Below are positions 20,324 through 29,900 of a stretch of 64,000 nucleotides of DNA, in pieces. Within the stretch, counting starts at the first letter, position 1; every line of letters starts with the position of its first letter. Origin of the DNA: an uncultured Solirubrobacterales bacterium (GTDB lineage Bacteria; Actinomycetota; Thermoleophilia; Solirubrobacterales; Solirubrobacteraceae); assembly GCA_963705845.1 (NCBI GenBank), contig CAVPKX010000008.1, positions 215,514 through 279,513 on the forward strand, read 5' to 3'. Below the pieces are notes generated by a model that ran no database searches, was not told the DNA's origin, and saw nothing but the letters and a program-made list of their open reading frames with translations. The position numbers and the translations under genes were made by a program.

Positions 20324-20555
20324 CCTGAGTCTCCTCTGTTGTGTTCAACTCGGGAGTGCGGCGCCGCACGGTCCCGTGATGCTGTTACGAACTAGGCTGC
20401 TTGACGCGAAAAAGTGTGACGGGACGCGCTAGGCACTCTGTCGGCTTCGTGACAGCGAACACTTCGGCAAACGCCGTGTGATGCGACTTGCTGCCGCCGA
20501 TAGTTGGTGCCATTTCGGTATACGGTAGACACGGCAAGCAGGCCGGCGGGCAAGG

Positions 20556-21260
20556 TTGGCGTTCGGGCCGCAGCCTGCCCACACGCCGGGACGCCCGGGC
20601 TGGCCGGGCGTGTTGCTAGTAGCGGAATGGTTGCCGCAGGCGCGCTACCGTGAACGGGTGGTCCGGCTACACCAGGGGTCGGGCTCTGAAAGTGGGGGCG
20701 CCCGTTCCGTCGAGGTACACCCGCAAAGCTTTGCGGCCTTCTACGAGCGTCTGTACCCGAGGGTCCTGCGCTACTTCGCGCATCGCACCCACCCAACCCA
20801 CCAGGCCCTGGACCTGGCGGCCGAGACGTTCGCACGGGCGTTTGAAGCGCGGCAGGTGTTTCGCGGCAACAGCGAAGCGGAGGCGATCGGCTGGTTGTGG
20901 GCGATCGCCCGTGCGCAGCTGAACATGGCCTACCGCCGGGGGAGGGTCGAAACTGAGGCAATGGACCGGCTGGGTCTGCGGCGCCCGGCCGCCACCGAGG
21001 ACGAGGTGAGACGGATCGAGGAACTCGTGGACGCAGATGCCTCAAAGGGCGTGCTCGCCGATGCCTTCGACGAGCTCTCGCGCGAGGAGCAGCGAGTAAT
21101 TGAGATGCATGTGATCGAAGAACGGCCCTACCACGAGATCGCCCGGGAGCTCGAGCTGACCGAGACGACCGCCCGCGCCCGCGGTTCGCGCGCGCTTCGC
21201 AAGCTCGCGGACAACCAGACACTTCGAGTAAGCGTGAAAGGAGGCGGCGAGCATGGATAG
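20556..21260 (+). CDS. ECF RNA polymerase sigma factor
   Basis: Region 2 DLAAETFARAF...WLWAIAR; region 4 YHEIARELELTETTARARGSRALRKL. The true start is probably downstream (for example GTG 20658). Confidence 0.92.
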   Translation: MAFGPQPAHTPGRPGWPGVLLVAEWLPQARYRERVVRLHQGSGSESGGARSVEVHPQSFAAFYERLYPRVLRYFAHRTHPTHQALDLAAETFARAFEARQVFRGNSEAEAIGWLWAIARAQLNMAYRRGRVETEAMDRLGLRRPAATEDEVRRIEELVDADASKGVLADAFDELSREEQRVIEMHVIEERPYHEIARELELTETTARARGSRALRKLADNQTLRVSVKGGGEHG

Positions 21261-22281
21261 GCCCGAGGAGCAGGACTGGCGGCTCGGATCGATGGAGCGC
21301 CTTGGGCGGGAGTTCTCAGCGCTCGAGCAGACACGCGCTCAAAAGCCGAGGCGAGGTCGGCCGAGGCGGCGCGCGCGGCTGATGCTGCTCGGCGGCGCCG
21401 GACTGGCGATGACGGCGGCGATCATTGTGGCGGCGATCGCGTTGCAGAAGCCCTCGAGAGCGCTGGCGAATCCAAACCAGGCGGCTGCGGCCGCGGAACG
21501 CGCGGCCACGTTTGCGTTTCAGACACGTAGCGAACTTCGCGCCGTGGGAAGCGCCGGTCAGGTCTCTGTGGCGAGCGGCGAAGTCGACCTGGCAGCCCCA
21601 TCGTTTCGCGTCCGCATTCATGCTGTCTCGCACGTAAGCGGGTTTGAACGGATCGTGTTCCCGGACGTCGTCTACGTTCGCGCGATCGGGCCGCGTGGTC
21701 CACGCCCTTGGCTCGGTTCGCATCTAAGTCCCCCGGCTGTGATTACGACTCGCGAGGGCAGCAGCGGTGGGCTTGGCGACCCGCTCGGCCTGCTCGCCGT
21801 GCTGGCACGCACAACCCACGCGCAGCGACTGGGTGTCGAGCACATCGACGGCGAGCTGAGCCGCGAGTACCGCCTCCAGCTGACGCTGGGCGACTTTCTC
21901 GCCGCCGACGGCCAACCAATCCCGGCAGCGACAGCGTCGACTCCCGTGACCGTCAAGGTCTGGCAGGACAGCGCAAACCGGCTGCTCCGCGCAGAACGTG
22001 TATTTGAGCTGGCCGCCCGCGGCGGCGAGCGGCTGGTCGTTCTGACCGCCTTCAACCGTTACGGACAGCCGACCGCGATCAGCGCACCAGCCGGCGTGCC
22101 GGTGGTCGGCTCCCAGCGGCTCAGTCCGCTGGCCGACGATCCACTCGGCGCAAGCCTCCTCAACGCGATCACATTTGGCACCGAGCACACCACGACTGCG
22201 GTCCCGAACCACTCCCAGCAGCGGGGTGCTTTTCGCGGTGCCACCAGCCCACACGCCGGCGGTCCGGGCACCGCTCCGTGA
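21253..22281 (+). CDS. Probable anti-sigma factor (single TM, LppX/LolA-like extracytoplasmic domain)
   Basis: Overlaps the ECF stop; short cytoplasmic N-terminus, Arg-rich stretch, TM, and a beta-rich domain (VKVWQDSANRLLR...FNRYGQPTAISAP). Confidence 0.75.
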   Translation: MDRPEEQDWRLGSMERLGREFSALEQTRAQKPRRGRPRRRARLMLLGGAGLAMTAAIIVAAIALQKPSRALANPNQAAAAAERAATFAFQTRSELRAVGSAGQVSVASGEVDLAAPSFRVRIHAVSHVSGFERIVFPDVVYVRAIGPRGPRPWLGSHLSPPAVITTREGSSGGLGDPLGLLAVLARTTHAQRLGVEHIDGELSREYRLQLTLGDFLAADGQPIPAATASTPVTVKVWQDSANRLLRAERVFELAARGGERLVVLTAFNRYGQPTAISAPAGVPVVGSQRLSPLADDPLGASLLNAITFGTEHTTTAVPNHSQQRGAFRGATSPHAGGPGTAP

Positions 22282-22518
22282 CTCGACTGCGAGGCCAACT
22301 CGGCAGGGTGGGCGGCGCGGCCCGTGGCGCAGGCCCGCTGCAGGCCCGCTCGATCGTCAACCGGGTGGTCTACAGCGGCCGGTCTGCCGGCTACGCGGGC
22401 AGATCCGTCGATCAGACGATGGTCCGGTGGTTCGCGGCCGAGCAGGCTTCGTGGCGTGAGTGTGGCGCAGTCCACCACAGCGGTTCGTCCGACACGCTCG
22501 GGGGCGACCGGCATCGCG

Positions 22519-23226
22519 ATGGCAGACGCGGATCACGTTCGAGGTCACGATGGTCGGCACACGCTCGCGTCAGTCCGGGCCGACGGCGGCGACCGTGTGG
22601 TCTCTGTGCTTGTCGCCGATCGCGACCAGCTGTACTTGGGGGCGCTGTCGGCGCTGATCGAGCGGAGTCCGGGCCAGGAGCTCGTAGGGACAAGTCTTGA
22701 CGGCTTCGCTGCGCTTGAGCTGATCCGCAGCGCCGTACCGACCGTCGCCGTGCTCGACCCAGGCCTGCCTGGCCTGGCCGGTCTCGCGATCCTGAACGCG
22801 ATCGAACGCGACGAGCTTCCCACGCGCGTGGTGATGCTTTCCGGGGACCCTGAGGATCGGCGCCCCTACGACTCGCTCGCCGCCGGCGCACGCGGCTATT
22901 TGACCCGCAATGCGGGGGAGGAGGAGATCTGCGCAGCGATCACCGCAGCCGCGACCGGCGGCGCGGTGATCGCTCGGCGGCTGCACACGGCGCTCGTTGG
23001 TGAGATTCGGCGCCGAGGCCATGCCGAAGAGTCGGCGTTGGACCCGGCGACACGCGAGGTGGTCGTACTGACCGCCGCCGGCCTGAGCCCGATCGAGGTC
23101 GCAGCGCAGATGCACGTCTCGCCTACCACCGTCAAGGGCCGCCTGCACAGTCTCTACAAAGCCCTCGACGTCAGCGCCCCCACAGCGGCGGTCGCCGAAG
23201 CGGTTCGCCGACGCCTGATTGATTGA
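22519..23226 (+). CDS. NarL/LuxR family response regulator (orphan, atypical REC)
   Basis: VLVADRD...VLDPGLPG...GYLTR (Arg at the conserved Lys position); C-terminal LuxR HTH. Confidence 0.88.
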   Translation: MADADHVRGHDGRHTLASVRADGGDRVVSVLVADRDQLYLGALSALIERSPGQELVGTSLDGFAALELIRSAVPTVAVLDPGLPGLAGLAILNAIERDELPTRVVMLSGDPEDRRPYDSLAAGARGYLTRNAGEEEICAAITAAATGGAVIARRLHTALVGEIRRRGHAEESALDPATREVVVLTAAGLSPIEVAAQMHVSPTTVKGRLHSLYKALDVSAPTAAVAEAVRRRLID

Positions 23227-23231
23227 TCCAG

Positions 23232-23257
23232 CTAGCTATAGCTAGGTGACGTCACCT
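23232..23257. promoter_or_regulatory. Two overlapping perfect 14-bp palindromes
   Basis: CTAGCTATAGCTAG (23232-23245) and AGGTGACGTCACCT (23244-23257), intergenic upstream of the PucR gene. Confidence 0.5.
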
Positions 23258-23450
23258 TGAGTGTGTCAGTGGACGATACGATGTCACTGTGTGGGTCTGT
23301 GACTTGTGCAACACTCATGTAGAGAGGGCATGCCGCGCCCGAGCACGCAGAAAGAACCGAGGACACTCGTTTGCTGCGCCGGGCGCGGCGCCCGATGATG
23401 CGCTGTTGCGCTGAGCGGCACCGGCTGCCAAGGCGTGAGGGTGGGGCTCT

Positions 23451-24665
23451 GTGAGTCGGGTCGAAAACGGTCGCGGCGGATCGCTCGGGACCGTCCGGTC
23501 CGGGCTGGTCGAGCGGTTGCGTTCGCGCCGCTTAGAGATCGAGCAGGCGATCTTTGCCCACATCCGCGATGCAGTGTCATCTGGTCTGGCCGGCAGCGCC
23601 GACGCCGAGTACGTGGCCGGCCTGCACGCGAGTGTCGCGGGCGCCTTGGATTACATCCTCGTTGGCATCGAGCGGGGAGAGGAGCGCTCAGGACCGATCC
23701 CTTCGGTGCTGGTTGCGCAGGCGCAGCGCGCCGCTCGCACCGGCGTGGGCCTCGAGACGGTCCTGCTCCGCTACGCCGCTGGCCACAGGCGTCTGGTTGG
23801 GTTTGTCATGACCGAAGCCGGTGACTTCGCACCCGAGGCACTGCGCCAGGTGCTGGATCTGCAAGGGTCACTGCTCGAACGTCTCATGGCCCAGGTCTCA
23901 ATCGAATACAGGCGCGAGGCCGAGCGCGCCGGGCGTTCGCTTGAGCAGCGCCGTGCGGAGCTCGTGCGGAGGTTGCTCGCCGGCGAGCCCGTCGCGACGG
24001 CTGAATTGAGCTATAGGTTCGACGCCTGGCATCTTGGGGTGATCGCAACGGGCGCAGGGGCGAGCGAGGCGATCCGGGTTCTGGCCGCACGCGCTGATCG
24101 CCAACTGCTGTCCGCCTCGCCTGGCGCGGACACCGTGTGGGCGTGGCTCGGTGGGCAGCGAAAGCTGGCGCTCGCGGACATCGAACGCGTCCCGCAGGCC
24201 AAGGAGCGTGGGAGCGTGAGACTGACGATGGGCGAGCCAGGGAGAGGGCTCGACGGCTGGCGCCTGACACACCAGCAGGCACAGGCGGCACTGCTAGTCG
24301 CACTGAACAGGCCACCCAGGCTCACGCGGTATGCCGAGGAGATGCTTCTCGCGGCCGTACTGCGGGACGAAACGCTCGCCAGATCGCTGCAGGAGATGTA
24401 TCTCTCGCCGCTTGCTCGCCAGCGCGACGGCGGGACGGCGTCGCGTGCGACGTTGCGCGCCTACTTCAAGGGTGGGCGCAACGCGTCCTCGGCCGGTGCC
24501 GAGCTCAGCGTCGCTCGCCAGACGGTCGAACAGCGTCTGCAGACGGTTGAGCACGTCCTTGGCCGCGGGCTGCCGACGTGCCTGACCGAGCTTGAGCTGG
24601 CGTTGCGCTTGGAGGAGCTGCGCGATGTCGCTCGCAGCGGAAGGGGCCAGGCGGGTTGCGACTGA
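23451..24665 (+). CDS. PucR/CdaR family transcriptional regulator
   Basis: GGDEF-like middle region and C-terminal HTH (TLRAYF...NASSAGAELSVARQTVEQRL). Confidence 0.9.
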   Translation: MSRVENGRGGSLGTVRSGLVERLRSRRLEIEQAIFAHIRDAVSSGLAGSADAEYVAGLHASVAGALDYILVGIERGEERSGPIPSVLVAQAQRAARTGVGLETVLLRYAAGHRRLVGFVMTEAGDFAPEALRQVLDLQGSLLERLMAQVSIEYRREAERAGRSLEQRRAELVRRLLAGEPVATAELSYRFDAWHLGVIATGAGASEAIRVLAARADRQLLSASPGADTVWAWLGGQRKLALADIERVPQAKERGSVRLTMGEPGRGLDGWRLTHQQAQAALLVALNRPPRLTRYAEEMLLAAVLRDETLARSLQEMYLSPLARQRDGGTASRATLRAYFKGGRNASSAGAELSVARQTVEQRLQTVEHVLGRGLPTCLTELELALRLEELRDVARSGRGQAGCD

Positions 24666-24718
24666 TCCAAATCGACCCAACTGTTCCAGTGCACAAGCGG
24701 TTGAGCCTTGGCCGCAAA

Positions 24719-24733
24719 GTGGCACTATGCCAC
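24719..24733. promoter_or_regulatory. Inverted repeat upstream of the RHS gene (candidate PucR site)
   Basis: GTGGCA-CTA-TGCCAC. Confidence 0.4.
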
Positions 24734-24859
24734 ATTTTCGATGGTTCAACCAGGCACATAGCAATAGCGCGGGCGTCTAGCGACCGGTAGAAATCATTGC
24801 AGTAGACAAACGTCTCGCCACATCTCTACCAAGTCGCTGCGACCGCAGGAGGGGCAAGG

Positions 24860-26995
24860 ATGAAACGGTTGTGCTCGCTGTTCGTATTCATAGGGTTACT
24901 GGTGGGGTTGGCGACCTGCTCGTCCGCCGCGTTGGGAGAGGGCACATCCACTCGTGGTGGGCCTGGCGCGTCCTCGTCGCTGGGGGGCTCGCTCGTGACT
25001 CCGGGGTCGCCGACGCAAGGCGAACAGGCGCAGGCAGCGGAAGAAGCGAAGCTGGCGAGTCCAAACACGGTCGCCGAAACCGAAGCGTCTCGTACGAAAT
25101 TCGAGGGCCTCGATACCGAAGCGGCAATCAAGCTGGCAGGGGAAGCGTTCCCGGCGGTGATCGACGATCCCGCTGGTGGGCCCCCGAAGCTGCCGGCGGG
25201 GCAAAGTATCACGGGTTTTCCAGCCGATGACGCCGCGCAGGTCGATCTTCCAGAAGGCAAGCATGCGGTGATCGAATCGACCGCGCCCATGGCGATCGAA
25301 ACTTCGCCTGGCCACCGAACGCCGGTTGATCTGGGCCTGACCGAAGTGCGCGGCATGTTTGAGCCGAAGGCACCGGTCGTTGGGGTCCAGGTTCCGAAGC
25401 GGCTGAGTGATGGGGTTACCCTGGGGAGCACTGGTCTGTCGTTGACGCCGGTTGATGCGCAGGGAGTCCCGCTGGAAGGCTCGGAAGGGGCCATCGACGG
25501 CGCTTCGGTGTTCTATGCCAATACGCAAACCGACTCGGATACAGTCGTCAAGCCGGTAACGGCGGGATTTGAGACCGACACGCTGTTGCGTTCGGTGGCA
25601 AGTCCGCAGAAGCTCTTCTTCGGGGTCGGGCTGCCTGAAGGTGCGAGCTTGGCTCAGGGCGCGGCTGGGTCTGGGGCTGTGCAGGTCGTCAAGGAAGGCA
25701 CGGTGATCGCGACGGTGGTTGCGCCGGGTGCGCGCGATGCCGCGGGGACTTTGGTACCGGTGTCGATGAGTGTTTCGGGTGACACGCTGGTGTTGAGCGT
25801 CGCTGATCAGGCGAATGAGTACCAGTACCCGATCGAGGTCGATCCGGCGATCACCGATGAACAGCTGGTTGAATCGTATCGTTTTCCGGGCCCAAGCAAC
25901 TGGAGGGAGGAACCCGCTCCCCCGAGCCCGTTCCATTTCCTCGAAGAAGGGGCAGAAGGTGAACACCCAGAAACTCTGAAGGACTATGACAGCGGCACCG
26001 CCTACGCTCGGGGTGAATGGGGTGCGATGGCGTATGAAACCCAGGGCGAATCCCGCATCTATGAGTTCATTTCAGAAACTTGGGCGTCGAATGCTGGGGG
26101 GAACATCGAAAACAAGCTCTTTATTCGCAGCGCTGGCGGCGGCATGGAAAAGGAAGTCGTGACGGGGTCAGCGTATCCTGCGACCAAGGAGGAACTGTGC
26201 GTCGAATCGGGCTGCGCCACGGGCACGGTCACTGCGGCCAATGAGCACAATGCCGCCGAGTTCAAGCAGACCGCGACCAATTCGGGCAGCGAATTCTCCA
26301 GCACCATGCTGACTGCCGATGTTGAGATCCTACAGGAAAAAGGGCCGACGATCACGGGTGCCAACACCACGTCGAAAACGATTGCGGGCCAGCCGAACGT
26401 GCTCTATCCGGGTAATTGGCTTGGGCCGCAGAGGGGTTTGGTCGAACTCTCGGCGACGGACCCGGGACTCGGCTTTGAAGGCACTGCTCGCAAAGGTGTG
26501 CTGGGCTCGCAGAGCATGACCACCTATTACCGGCCGAACACGGAAAAACTATCCGACGGTGAAGACACCGTGGAACTTTACGCCCGCGACATCGTGGGGC
26601 TCGAAGCCCATCTGAGCGAGAAAGTGAAATACGACAAGACGTTGCCCTATGAAGTCAAGCTCCAGGGTCTCCCGGCCAACAAAGAACTAGGCGATAGCGA
26701 GGTCAAAGTAAAAGCTACAGCGAAGGACGGGTCGGAAGCGTTCAGCGGGTCGGGTATCGAATCGATCGGATTGAAGATCGACGGCAAAGAAGTAGGGACG
26801 GCGTCGGGCTCGTGCTCTCCGGGGCCGTGTACCGCGACGAGTGGCGAATGGACGATCAATGGCGCTGAATATGCCGCCGGGCAGCACAAGGCCACTGTCA
26901 CGGCGACCTCCTACGCCGGCAACGTAGCTACCGAAGAATTACGTTCGATACAGGTCATCTGGCGATTCCTGTGGCGTTGGGGCCTGGTTCGGTGA
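24860..26995 (+). CDS. N-terminal part of a secreted RHS protein (signal peptide, beta-rich and Ig-like domains)
   Basis: RBS GGAGG; signal peptide. One added base at ~26940 gives TEEFTFDTGHLAIPVALGPGSV and fuses it in frame to 26971..32133. Confidence 0.8.
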   Translation: MKRLCSLFVFIGLLVGLATCSSAALGEGTSTRGGPGASSSLGGSLVTPGSPTQGEQAQAAEEAKLASPNTVAETEASRTKFEGLDTEAAIKLAGEAFPAVIDDPAGGPPKLPAGQSITGFPADDAAQVDLPEGKHAVIESTAPMAIETSPGHRTPVDLGLTEVRGMFEPKAPVVGVQVPKRLSDGVTLGSTGLSLTPVDAQGVPLEGSEGAIDGASVFYANTQTDSDTVVKPVTAGFETDTLLRSVASPQKLFFGVGLPEGASLAQGAAGSGAVQVVKEGTVIATVVAPGARDAAGTLVPVSMSVSGDTLVLSVADQANEYQYPIEVDPAITDEQLVESYRFPGPSNWREEPAPPSPFHFLEEGAEGEHPETLKDYDSGTAYARGEWGAMAYETQGESRIYEFISETWASNAGGNIENKLFIRSAGGGMEKEVVTGSAYPATKEELCVESGCATGTVTAANEHNAAEFKQTATNSGSEFSSTMLTADVEILQEKGPTITGANTTSKTIAGQPNVLYPGNWLGPQRGLVELSATDPGLGFEGTARKGVLGSQSMTTYYRPNTEKLSDGEDTVELYARDIVGLEAHLSEKVKYDKTLPYEVKLQGLPANKELGDSEVKVKATAKDGSEAFSGSGIESIGLKIDGKEVGTASGSCSPGPCTATSGEWTINGAEYAAGQHKATVTATSYAGNVATEELRSIQVIWRFLWRWGLVR

Positions 26996-29900
26996 GCCCG
27001 GAGACGGGCGAGTTCTTCTTGAATGCGACAGACGTGTCGGCTGGTGGCCCGGGAGCGACGCTGTCGGTGAAGCGCAGCTACAGCTCGTCGCATCTGGCGG
27101 CGGGCGCGGAAGGTCCGTTGGGGGCGCAGTGGAGCATGAGCGTCGGCGGGTCGCAGAGCCTGACGAAGGCTGCCGAAGGCGCGGTTGTGCTTACCGACGC
27201 CGAAGGCCAGGAGTCGGTGTTCGCGAGCAAGGGGAAAGGCGAATTCAAATCGCCGCCGGACTCCGCGAGCCTGACCTTGACTGAAGTGCTCGAAAAAGAA
27301 AAAACTAAGGAATTCCTGCTGAAGGACGGCAGCGGTCAGGTCACGAAGTTCACGCTGCCGGCAGGCGGCACCGGGAGCACGTGGGTGCCCGCGACCCTCG
27401 AAGGGCCAGGTGCGACGAACGTCGTGACCTACAGGTTTCAGACGGTGGGCGCGATCACAGAGCCGACCGAGGTGCTAGCGCCGGTGCCCGCAGGTGTGTC
27501 GTGCACGGCCGAATTGGTCAAGGGGTGCAGGGCTCTGGGCTTTGTGTACTCCACGAAAACGACAGCGACAGGCGACAGTTCGAGCCAATGGGGCGAATAC
27601 GAAGGGCGACTGAAGGAAGTGACCTTCACCGCGTGGGAACCCACATCGGGCAAAATGAAGACGACCGCGATCGCTGAGTACGTGTACGACAAGGAGGGCA
27701 AGCTGCGAGGCGAGTGGAACCCGAGCATCTCCCCAGCGCTCGAGACGACCTACGGTTATGACGCGGCCGGTCACGTGAGCGCAATGACGCCGCCTGGCCA
27801 GCAGCCGTGGCTGTTTAACTACGGCACGACCACTGGCGACCCACGGGCGCGGATCGTGTCGGTAACGCGTCCGAGCGCTTCGACGCCGGCGGGCAATGGC
27901 GCGGCGCCGGTGAACACGACCGCGCCCGCGTTCTCGGTCGAAACGGCCAGGGAAGGCATTCCGGTGAGCGTCTCGACCGGTACCTGGAGCAATAGTCCGC
28001 TCAGCTACAGCTACCAGTGGGAATCGTGCCACAGTGAATTGGAACACGAAACCTATCATGAAGTTTGTGGGCCGATCCTCGGCGCCACGAGCCAGACCTA
28101 CACGCCGGCGCCGCACGGAGGGTATGGCCTGCATGTGACGGTGACAGCGACTAACGCCGATGGCTCGACGACCGCCAACACCGCTAAACGGATCGAAATC
28201 GTCCTTCTTGGGGTCTCATTCACAGAAGCGGCGTCGTTCGGTAAAGAAGGCGCCGAAGGCGGGCAGGTCAAAGAACCGTCGGCGGTCGCCGTTGAATCTG
28301 CCAGCGGCTCCGAAGGCAACGTATGGGTCGCCGACACCGGCAACAATCGGGTCGAGGAGTTCTCCGCATCGGGGACGTTTATCAAGACGTTCGGCTGGGA
28401 TGTGGGCGGCAAAGCGGAATTCCAGGTCTGTACGAGTAGTTGTAAAGCGGGAACCGCTGGGGCTGGTAACGGGCAGTTCGAAGGTCCTGTGGGCATCGCG
28501 CTCAGCGAAACGGACAAATACGTGTACGTCTCCGACGCCGGTAACAAACGGATCGAGGTCTTCGAAGCGAAAACCGGGAAATACCTCTCGCAGCTCAAGG
28601 TGAACGAAAGCGGCAAAGCCAACCCTGCGGCGATAGCCGCGGGAAAGTTCCCGATCTCCGGCTACACCAACCAGCTTTGCGTTACGTTTCCCAGCTCCAG
28701 CGAAGGACGGGTCGAATGCCACGGCATCGGTAGCAATGGTGAACTTCACGGAGGCCTGATCTTCGATAGTAGAGGCAAAGAACCTACGGGTATCGCTATC
28801 AGCGAAAAGGGCCAGACGAAAGGTGAAGGCAACGAGATCTATCTGACCAACAAGGGCAGCCATGAGGTGGATGTGTTCGAACCGCGCATAGATGAAGCGC
28901 GGTATGTGACGGTGTTCGGCTCGGAAGGCAGCGGCGAAGGCCAGTTCTCAACGCCGGAAAGCATCATCGTTGAGCCAGAATACGCGGCATACGCGGCGCT
29001 GGACAGCCAGCTGTTCGTATCCGACGGCGGTAACAACAGGGTGCAGATGTCCACGCAGACCGGCGGAACACCGTTCGAGTGGAACTTCGGGTCTGGACGC
29101 CAAAGCCTCGCTCTCGACGAACAGTCCGGCTCGAACAAGGGTGATCTGTACATCGTCAGCGCCGCCACCTCGAGCTCCGCAAGGATCACGAAGTGGACGC
29201 CTGAGCCCCCGCAGATCAACCCCCCGGAACCGCCGAACCCCGGCGGCAGCGCCGTCACGACCGTCGAGTACCACGTCCCGGTGTCCGGCGCCGGCGCACC
29301 GTATGCGATGGGCAAAACTGAAGTCGAAGCATGGGGACAGAAAGACGACCCGACCGAAGCGACAGCAATCTTCCCGGCGGATGAGCCGATGAGCTGGCCC
29401 GCGAAGGACTATCGGCGAGCGACTGTCAACTACCTGGACGGTAGCGCCCGCACTGTCAATGTGGCCCACCCGGGTGGGGCGATCTCGACCACCGAATACA
29501 ACTCCGAGAACGATGTCGAACGCACGCTCTCGCCAAACAACAGGGCGGCAGCGCTCAAAGAAGGCACCAAATCCGCGGAAACCTCGAAACTGCTCGACAC
29601 CGAGAACACGTACAACAGCCAAGGCAGCGAACTGCAGAGCACGCTCGGACCGCAGCACAATGTCGAGCTGCCGAGCGGCACGCAGGTCCAGGCGCGCGAC
29701 CACAAGCAGGATTACTACAACGAAGGTGCTCCGGCCGAAGGCGGCCCGTATGGCCTACCGACAAAGACCACCGAAGGGGCGGAGTACTCCGGCAAAGAAG
29801 AAGACGTCCGCGAAACCACGACGTCCTACGCTGGTCAGGAAAACCTCGGCTGGAAGCTGCACAAACCGACGTCGGTAACCGCCAATGCGAAAGGGCTGAA

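Noticed and set aside
26930..26995. Programmed frameshift between the two RHS ORFs
   Set aside because: No slippery heptamer; many similar indels across the window point to sequence error.
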